Assembly: GCF_019654975.1 (NCBI RefSeq)
Contig: NZ_BPEW01000009.1
Location: 77,488-101,487 of the forward strand
From: Shewanella sp. c952
GTDB taxonomy: Bacteria > Pseudomonadota > Gammaproteobacteria > Enterobacterales > Shewanellaceae
Direction: 5' to 3'
Length of the DNA stretch: 24,000 nt
The notes under the pieces were generated by a model. It had not been told where the DNA came from, made no database searches, and saw only the letters and a program-made list of their open reading frames with translations. Of the stretch, positions 18,626 through 24,000 are shown piece after piece. Every line of letters begins with the position of its first letter. The first letter of the stretch is position 1. Both the position numbers and the translations under genes were made by a program.

Positions 18626-19849
18626 TTACAATATAAAGCCAATGTAACCCTGCAAAACTATCAGGTTAACGATATCGATAAAGAAAGCCCCCACAATCGG
18701 CACCACCATAAAGGCTTGTGGTGAAGGACCATTTCGAGAAACTAGTGCCCCCATATTCATCACTGCGGTAGGGGTGGCTCCCATACCAAAGCCGCAATGT
18801 CCACCAGCAATAACGGCGGCGTCATAGTTTGATCCCATCAACTTAAACGTCACAAAATATGCAAAAAATCCAAGTACCACGGTTTGAACTAATAGAATAA
18901 TAAGTAGTGGTATAGCGAGATCAAAAATCTCCCATAGCTTTAAACTCATCAAAGCCATCGCTAAAAACAGTGACAATGACACTGTACCTAATATATCGAC
19001 ACATTCGCTATTGGTCTTATAACCCCTAGTCAATTCGGTAAGGTTGGTAATGACTACACCAAGAAATAGTGCATAAACAAAGTCTGGCATTTTCATCCAG
19101 CTAATATTAAATACCGACACCAGATGCTCAATCCAGCGCGCACCAGCCACACAAAGCAGCAGGATAAATAGCGTTTCCATCACGCTTTTTGCTGTCACTC
19201 GATCCTCTTCTAGCTGATCATAGGTCACCAGATCGGGATGATCTTTATGATGATTGCCACCTATACCATAAGATGATTCAAGCTTATGTTTATCAATAAG
19301 TCTTTGCGCAACGGGGCCACCTATAATGCCGCCCATCACTAAACCAAATGTTGCCGCAGCCATCGCAAACTCTAACGTACTCATGCCGTAATTTTCAGCA
19401 AAGGTCTGTGACCAAGCAGCGCCGGTGCCGTGGCCACCAGATAGTGTAATAGAACCAGCTACCAGCCCCATTAAGGGTTCTAACCCCAAAGCCGTCGCTA
19501 AACTTACGCCAACAGCATTTTGAATAACAATGTAAACGGAAGCGATGCCAAGGAAAATGAACACCTTCTTGCCGCCTTTGGCTAACAGTTTATAGCTTGC
19601 GGCCAAGCCTACCGTACTAAAAAACATTAGCATTAAGGTATTTTGCATCGGCAAAGAAAACTTAAGGGTAATATTCTGAAAATGTAGCAAGGTGGTGATG
19701 GCTGCGACCACTAACCCGCCTATGATAGGCTCTGGGATATTGTACTTCTTAAAGAAGCCAACATGACGATTTACGCTATGCCCAATAAATAGCACAAGAA
19801 TCGCCACTAAAAATGATTCCAGCTCTCCGATTGAATATACGGTATTCAT
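18626..19849 (-). CDS. gltS: Sodium/glutamate symporter GltS
   Basis: 407 aa, colinear with E. coli GltS. Shared motifs: FFKKYNIPEPIIGGL, LMGLVAGSITLSGGHGTGAAW, GNVSLSLFLAMALMSLKLWE-type block, NYDAAVIAGGHCGFGMGATPTAV, and VVPIVGAFFIDIVN. AGGAG lies upstream of the ATG. Confidence 0.93.
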   Translation of the reverse strand: MNTVYSIGELESFLVAILVLFIGHSVNRHVGFFKKYNIPEPIIGGLVVAAITTLLHFQNITLKFSLPMQNTLMLMFFSTVGLAASYKLLAKGGKKVFIFLGIASVYIVIQNAVGVSLATALGLEPLMGLVAGSITLSGGHGTGAAWSQTFAENYGMSTLEFAMAAATFGLVMGGIIGGPVAQRLIDKHKLESSYGIGGNHHKDHPDLVTYDQLEEDRVTAKSVMETLFILLLCVAGARWIEHLVSVFNISWMKMPDFVYALFLGVVITNLTELTRGYKTNSECVDILGTVSLSLFLAMALMSLKLWEIFDLAIPLLIILLVQTVVLGFFAYFVTFKLMGSNYDAAVIAGGHCGFGMGATPTAVMNMGALVSRNGPSPQAFMVVPIVGAFFIDIVNLIVLQGYIGFIL

Positions 19850-20002
19850 AACACTCCTATCCGTTACTTCGGCTTTAGCTTACAACGCTAAAGCAAAAAT
19901 TAGCCGGCTATTCTGTCATATCTATTAGGGCAATTAATATTAGCTGCGTCCGAATTATGGTTATCGATTGTAATAAAGTTACCGAATCGCACAACAATTA
20001 GC

Positions 20003-20164
20003 CTATTCGGTGACTATTGATGCGTGCTCTTGCGCTTCTAACGTTGCTAAACGCTCTCTTTCTGCTTTAGAAACGTACTTTGGCTTACTAGCAGTATTGA
20101 GTTTCGCATTGGCTTTTTTAACCTTGCTCATGTGTTTTTTGGTGATTTTTTTAGTGCGGTTCAT
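20003..20164 (-). CDS. Small basic protein (53 aa), DUF2986-like
   Basis: Absent from the track because it is under 60 aa. My translation: MNRTKKITKKHMSKVKKANAKLNTASKPKYVSKAERERLATLEAQEHASIVTE, stop TAG at 20003-20005. It is Lys-rich with a KP-K/R-Y-V/I-SKAER core, which I recall from a conserved Vibrio/Shewanella small-protein family. GAGG lies about 10 nt upstream. Confidence 0.5.
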   Translation of the reverse strand: MNRTKKITKKHMSKVKKANAKLNTASKPKYVSKAERERLATLEAQEHASIVTE

Positions 20165-20248
20165 AATTACCAGCCCTCAAATTCAGTTAGATCAGAGTAA
20201 GTATAACCCGACATACAAAGAACCTCTGCCCAATGGTTGAAAATAGTA

Positions 20249-20277
20249 TTGAGTACCCAAATAAGGTAAAATATATT
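20249..20277 (+). promoter_or_regulatory. Candidate sigma70 promoter for wecB (TTGAGT-N17-TATATT)
   Basis: The hexamers at 20249-20254 and 20272-20277 are separated by exactly 17 nt. The predicted transcription start, near 20284, falls downstream of both upstream in-frame ATGs (20233, 20278). Confidence 0.25.
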
Positions 20278-21444
20278 ATGAATTACGTGATTGCGTACCC
20301 CCCCCATACCTTTGAAGGTAAAGCATTGAAAATACTTTTTATATTTGGGACACGACCAGAAGCTATAAAGATGTGTCCATTAGTTTTGGAGTTCACAAAA
20401 TCCCCCTGCTTTGAAGTAAAAGTCTGCATCACCGCACAACACCGAGAAATGCTTGATCAAGTACTCGATATATATAATATCAAGCCAGACTACGATCTAA
20501 ATTTAATGCGTAGCAATCAAACATTAGAATGGTTAACTGGAGCTATTGTTGAAGGTACGGGCAACGTTATAAAAGACTTTAAACCAGGGCTTGTTTTAGT
20601 CCATGGGGATACAACAACATCATTTGCTTCTGCTCTAGCAGCTTTTTATCACAAAACAGATGTCGCCCATGTCGAAGCAGGTTTGCGAACTGGTGATATT
20701 CGCTCTCCTTGGCCTGAAGAAGCCAATAGAAAGCTAACGGCAACGCTTTCCAAATTGCATTTTGCCCCAACTGAATCCGCAAAAAAGAACCTTTTAAAAG
20801 AAGGTATCACTGAAGAGAATATTCATGTCACAGGAAACACCGTCATTGATGCTCTTTTTAATGCGATTAATATAACTAAGGCACGTTCGCACAAAGTTTC
20901 CCCCGCAGTAACCTCTCTTAAGAAGAATATAGGTAACAATAATCTTATTTTGGTTACGGGACATCGACGGGAAAATTTTGGTCCCAATTTCGAAAATATC
21001 TGCTTGGCTCTAAATGCACTTGCTGTGGCGAATCCAAATACCCACATAGTCTACCCTGTGCATTTAAACCCTATGGTTCAAAAACCAGTACGTCACCACC
21101 TAGGTTCTCTAAATAACGTGCATTTAATTGACCCATTAGACTATCTATCATTTGTATCATTAATGATGCGCGCCGATATTATTCTAACCGACTCTGGTGG
21201 GATTCAAGAAGAAGCACCATCTTTGAAAAAACCAGTCCTTGTTTTAAGGGATAAGACTGAGCGACCGGAAGCTGTAAATGCAGGTACGGTTCAGATAGTT
21301 GGGACGGAAAAGGAAGCTATCGTTGACGCTGTAACCCAACTACTAATTAAGCCAGGCTCATTCAAGAGTAAAACCAACCCTTATGGCGATGGTCTAGCTT
21401 GCCAACGCATAGCAAAAATAATTAAAGACGAATATGACCTCTAA
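20278..21444 (+). CDS. wecB: UDP-N-acetylglucosamine 2-epimerase (non-hydrolysing) WecB
   Basis: Strong colinearity with E. coli WecB: KILFIFGTRPEAIKMCPL, KVCITAQHREMLDQVL, PDYDLNLM, VLVHGDTTT, HVEAGLRTGD, SPWPEEANR, GNTVIDAL, LVTGHRRENFG, VYPVHLNP, ILTDSGGIQEEAPSLKKPVLVLRDKTERPEAV, NPYGDG. The E. coli Met1 aligns with TTG 20326 (GAAGG 7 nt upstream). In-frame ATGs at 20278 and 20233 would add 16 or 31 non-conserved residues, so the true start is unresolved. Confidence 0.9.
   Translation: MNYVIAYPPHTFEGKALKILFIFGTRPEAIKMCPLVLEFTKSPCFEVKVCITAQHREMLDQVLDIYNIKPDYDLNLMRSNQTLEWLTGAIVEGTGNVIKDFKPGLVLVHGDTTTSFASALAAFYHKTDVAHVEAGLRTGDIRSPWPEEANRKLTATLSKLHFAPTESAKKNLLKEGITEENIHVTGNTVIDALFNAINITKARSHKVSPAVTSLKKNIGNNNLILVTGHRRENFGPNFENICLALNALAVANPNTHIVYPVHLNPMVQKPVRHHLGSLNNVHLIDPLDYLSFVSLMMRADIILTDSGGIQEEAPSLKKPVLVLRDKTERPEAVNAGTVQIVGTEKEAIVDAVTQLLIKPGSFKSKTNPYGDGLACQRIAKIIKDEYDL
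20298..20305 (+). repeat. Homopolymer C8 between the upstream ATGs and the conserved start of wecB
   Basis: Counted directly: gcgtaCCCCCCCCatacc. It encodes Y-P-P-H only if translation starts at 20233 or 20278. Confidence 0.95.
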
Positions 21445-22561
21445 GAATATCTATATTATCCACAGGGCAATGTTTGAACGAAACGGTAATCAAATCGGTT
21501 TCGGTGGTATAGAGAATTATATCATTGCTCTTGCTAGAACCTTTCAAGAGCAGAATTGGAATTGTATTTTAGTGCAACCAAGTAAAGATAGCTTCCAAGC
21601 TAATGTTGACTGCCTCACTGTAGTTGGAGTCAGAACAGGGCTGTTACGTGGCAACCTAAAGAAACACGCCTTAGTGCGATGGGTGAAGCAAAGGGCAGAA
21701 AAATCAAATGATGTTATTATTTTTGCAACAGACTCATACTCTGTTGGTCTTAACGGTTATAACGCCGTTGCTATCCAACATGGTATATCATGGGATAAGC
21801 CTAGGAAATCTCGCTCCAAGCCAATCAACTTTATAGCTTCACTCGTAAATCAAATAAAGTATTTTAGTTTTATTAAACAATACCATACCCTTGTTTGTGT
21901 TGACCACAATTTCGTAAATTGGTACCGCACTTGGGCTGATGTATCAATTAACAAAGTGCATGTTATTTATAACTTTTACGATGAGAAAATATCCACTGAT
22001 AAATTTAATGCAAAGTGGGGCGATTCTAGCTCTGAACAAATCAACTTAATCATAGCGAGGAGATTTGTTGAGTACAGGGGAATAACATTCATCGCTCCAG
22101 TTATACAAAAGCTACTTCAACAACATAAAAACCTACATGTTACATTTGCAGGTGATGGTCCTCTAAAGGCTAATTTGGACAATATGTTTTCGAATTCAGA
22201 TAGGGTTGTTATAAAGCAGTATGCAGCTAAAGAAAGCTTTAACTATCACAGCAGGCACCATATTGCCGTAATACCAACTTTAGGCTCAGAAGGTACGTCG
22301 CTTTCGCTGATCGAAGCAATGGCTGCAGGATGTGCAGTAGTTGCTTCCAATGTTGGTGGATTATCAAACCTGATTATAGATGGGTTTAATGGTCACCTAC
22401 TCATTCCAAATCAAGATAAATTTTACACGACTCTAGATATGTTAATCAAAGATAAAACCCGCTGTAAAAAAATGGCGCTCGCGGGGCTTGATACCGTATC
22501 GTTCCCAAGCTCGAAACAGCATTGGGGAGAGCAGTGGGTAAAGTTAATTAGAAATATGTAG
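21434..22561 (+). CDS. GT4-family (Glycos_transf_1) glycosyltransferase
   Basis: 375 aa with an 11-nt overlap onto the wecB stop. The C-terminal retaining-GT signature is present: PTLGSEGTSLSLIEAMAAGCAVVASNVGGLSNLIIDGFNGHL (E-x7-E type). The gene is AT-rich. Confidence 0.85.
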   Translation: MTSKNIYIIHRAMFERNGNQIGFGGIENYIIALARTFQEQNWNCILVQPSKDSFQANVDCLTVVGVRTGLLRGNLKKHALVRWVKQRAEKSNDVIIFATDSYSVGLNGYNAVAIQHGISWDKPRKSRSKPINFIASLVNQIKYFSFIKQYHTLVCVDHNFVNWYRTWADVSINKVHVIYNFYDEKISTDKFNAKWGDSSSEQINLIIARRFVEYRGITFIAPVIQKLLQQHKNLHVTFAGDGPLKANLDNMFSNSDRVVIKQYAAKESFNYHSRHHIAVIPTLGSEGTSLSLIEAMAAGCAVVASNVGGLSNLIIDGFNGHLLIPNQDKFYTTLDMLIKDKTRCKKMALAGLDTVSFPSSKQHWGEQWVKLIRNM

Positions 22562-22746
22562 ATTAGCTATTTGAACTTAGGTGCTGATGTTATTATTTTT
22601 CATTAGACTGAATCAACTCAACGACAACAACCAACTTCCCCTTTGCTCATTAAGAGCAAGGAGAAGCAATACACCCTGAAAACTGCGGCATATAACGCTA
22701 TGGTATTAATCTAGATAAAACGAAGAAGTTAGATAGAAGCTTGCTG

Positions 22747-22784
22747 AAAAAAATGTTGGGGCTAACTTTAAGAGCTAGCTACCC
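22747..22784 (-). terminator. Candidate intrinsic terminator of hldE
   Basis: On the minus strand: GGG-TA-GCTA gctcttaaagt TAGC-CCC, a 7-bp stem with a 2-nt bulge, then AACA and a T7 run (plus-strand A7 at 22747-22753). It starts about 42 nt after the hldE stop. Confidence 0.4.
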
Positions 22785-22825
22785 TGCAATTAAAGCAAAG
22801 CAGCCAACCCTCTAATTATATCAAG

Positions 22826-24000
22826 CTATTGGTTAGCCATGATATTTTCAATTATTTTGGTAGTCGAAATACCATCTTCAAAACACAATATCTTAACTAA
22901 TCCACCAGCAGCAATAACTTCTTTACCACCAGCAATATCTTCAATCTTATAGTCGCCACCCTTAACCAGTAAGTCAGGTAATAAACGAGCAATCACTCGT
23001 TGCGGCGTGTCTTCACTAAACGGAAGCACCCAGTCCACTGATGCAAGACCTGCTAACACGGCCATACGACGACCCACAGGGTTCACCGGGCGACCATCGC
23101 CCTTTAAACGTCTGACAGACTCATCATCATTAACTGCAACAATCAACCTGTCGCCTTGGGCTTGCGCCTCCTGTAAATAGCTCACATGACCTGCATGTAA
23201 AATATCAAAGCAGCCGTTGGTCATCACCACGCGCTCACCGCGCAACCTCGTTTGCTCAAGTGCGTACATGAGCTGATCTTCAGTCACAACCCCAAAACCA
23301 GTCTCACTATGATGAGTATCAGACAATGACTCGATAAGCTCAATGCGGCTCACCGTCGAAGTGCCGAGTTTAGCAACCACGATACCTGCAGCTGTGTTAG
23401 CAATTGCACACGCTTCAGCCATAGTACTTCCAGCGGCCAATGAAGTCGCCAGAGCAGAAATAACCGTATCACCAGCCCCTGTGACATCATGTACTTCTCG
23501 AGCAACCGTAGGAATATGAAGCTCTTTATTTTCAGTCGTAATCAACGTCATTCCCTGCTCAGAACGAGTGACTAACAACGCTTCCAAATCAAACTCTTCA
23601 AGTAATTTATGCGCTTTTTCAACTAAGTCAGCTTCACTGGTAACAGCTCCTGCAACTAACTCAAATTCATGCAGATTTGGGGTAAGCAATGTTGCGCCTC
23701 GATATTTAGAAAAATCACTCCCCTTTGGATCGACTAACACTTTGACCCCTTGAGACTTAGCTTGCTGAATAAACGCTAGCGGCTCGATCAGAGCACCTTT
23801 GGCATAATCAGATAAAATAACCACATCAACATCAGCCAAAGAATTTGCGGCGCTATCTAACAAGGCCTGGCTATCTGCTTGTAGGTAAGGTTCTTCGAAG
23901 TCTAAACGAATGAGCTGTTGGCTACGCGACATCACCCGCAGTTTAGTAATCGTCGGTTTATCTGCAACCACATGCCATTTAGGCTCAACACCTAAAGCTT
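22826..24000 (-). CDS. hldE: Bifunctional D-beta-D-heptose 7-phosphate kinase / D-beta-D-heptose 1-phosphate adenylyltransferase HldE (RfaE), 5' end beyond the right edge
   Basis: Near-identical blocks to E. coli HldE: [137 protein letters not shown]. The frame stays open through 24000 (...[15 protein letters not shown]), so the track's 23971 start is an internal GTG. Confidence 0.93.
   Translation of the reverse strand, partial: ALGVEPKWHVVADKPTITKLRVMSRSQQLIRLDFEEPYLQADSQALLDSAANSLADVDVVILSDYAKGALIEPLAFIQQAKSQGVKVLVDPKGSDFSKYRGATLLTPNLHEFELVAGAVTSEADLVEKAHKLLEEFDLEALLVTRSEQGMTLITTENKELHIPTVAREVHDVTGAGDTVISALATSLAAGSTMAEACAIANTAAGIVVAKLGTSTVSRIELIESLSDTHHSETGFGVVTEDQLMYALEQTRLRGERVVMTNGCFDILHAGHVSYLQEAQAQGDRLIVAVNDDESVRRLKGDGRPVNPVGRRMAVLAGLASVDWVLPFSEDTPQRVIARLLPDLLVKGGDYKIEDIAGGKEVIAAGGLVKILCFEDGISTTKIIENIMANQ

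Noticed and set aside
19872-19894. Hairpin GCTTTAGC-TTACAAC-GCTAAAGC, as a terminator for the small basic ORF
   Set aside because: On the minus strand the T-run precedes the stem rather than following it. The element lies about 22 nt upstream of the gltS start, so it is more likely a 5'-leader structure. No function can be assigned.
20010-20240. The track's 76-aa plus-strand ORF upstream of wecB
   Set aside because: It has a GTG start, no SD and a low-complexity hydrophobic product. It lies exactly antisense to a better small basic ORF (20003-20164, minus strand) with a recognisable conserved core. I treat it as a shadow ORF.

Overview
This is a mostly housekeeping chromosomal window. Gene content (a GlyGly-CTERM protease, gltS, the layout around fdhD) suggests a Shewanella-like marine gammaproteobacterium, but that is inference only. 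I support 22 protein-coding genes, two of them truncated by the window edges. Left to right: the tail of a formate-dehydrogenase accessory region (TorD-like chaperone, polyferredoxin, DUF3306-like, DUF3305-like, then divergent fdhD and an HTH+PBP-like regulator); rlmF; an orphan FliL-like gene; ubiC; a large secreted M6 metalloprotease with two PKD domains and a GlyGly-CTERM tail; a YgjK/GH63-like glycosidase; a MarC-family gene; a His-rich ZIP-like membrane protein; an NRDE-family gene; two NTF2/DUF4440-like genes; a PlsC-type acyltransferase; a LysE-family exporter; gltS; a small basic ORF missing from the supplied track; an AT-rich wecB plus GT4 glycosyltransferase pair; and hldE. I found no rRNA, tRNA, CRISPR array, IS element, integrase, toxin-antitoxin pair or recognisable defence gene. 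I cannot point to a convincing new multi-gene system. The best candidate is the uncharacterised DUF3305-like/DUF3306-like/polyferredoxin/TorD operon and its FNR-box control region. Other points worth a second look are two long homopolymer tracts at functionally sensitive positions (G9 inside the protease sorting signal, C8 at the 5' end of wecB), the divergent ZIP-like His-rich transporter, and the unlisted small ORF. All family assignments come from motif recognition and memory of reference proteins. No database search was run.
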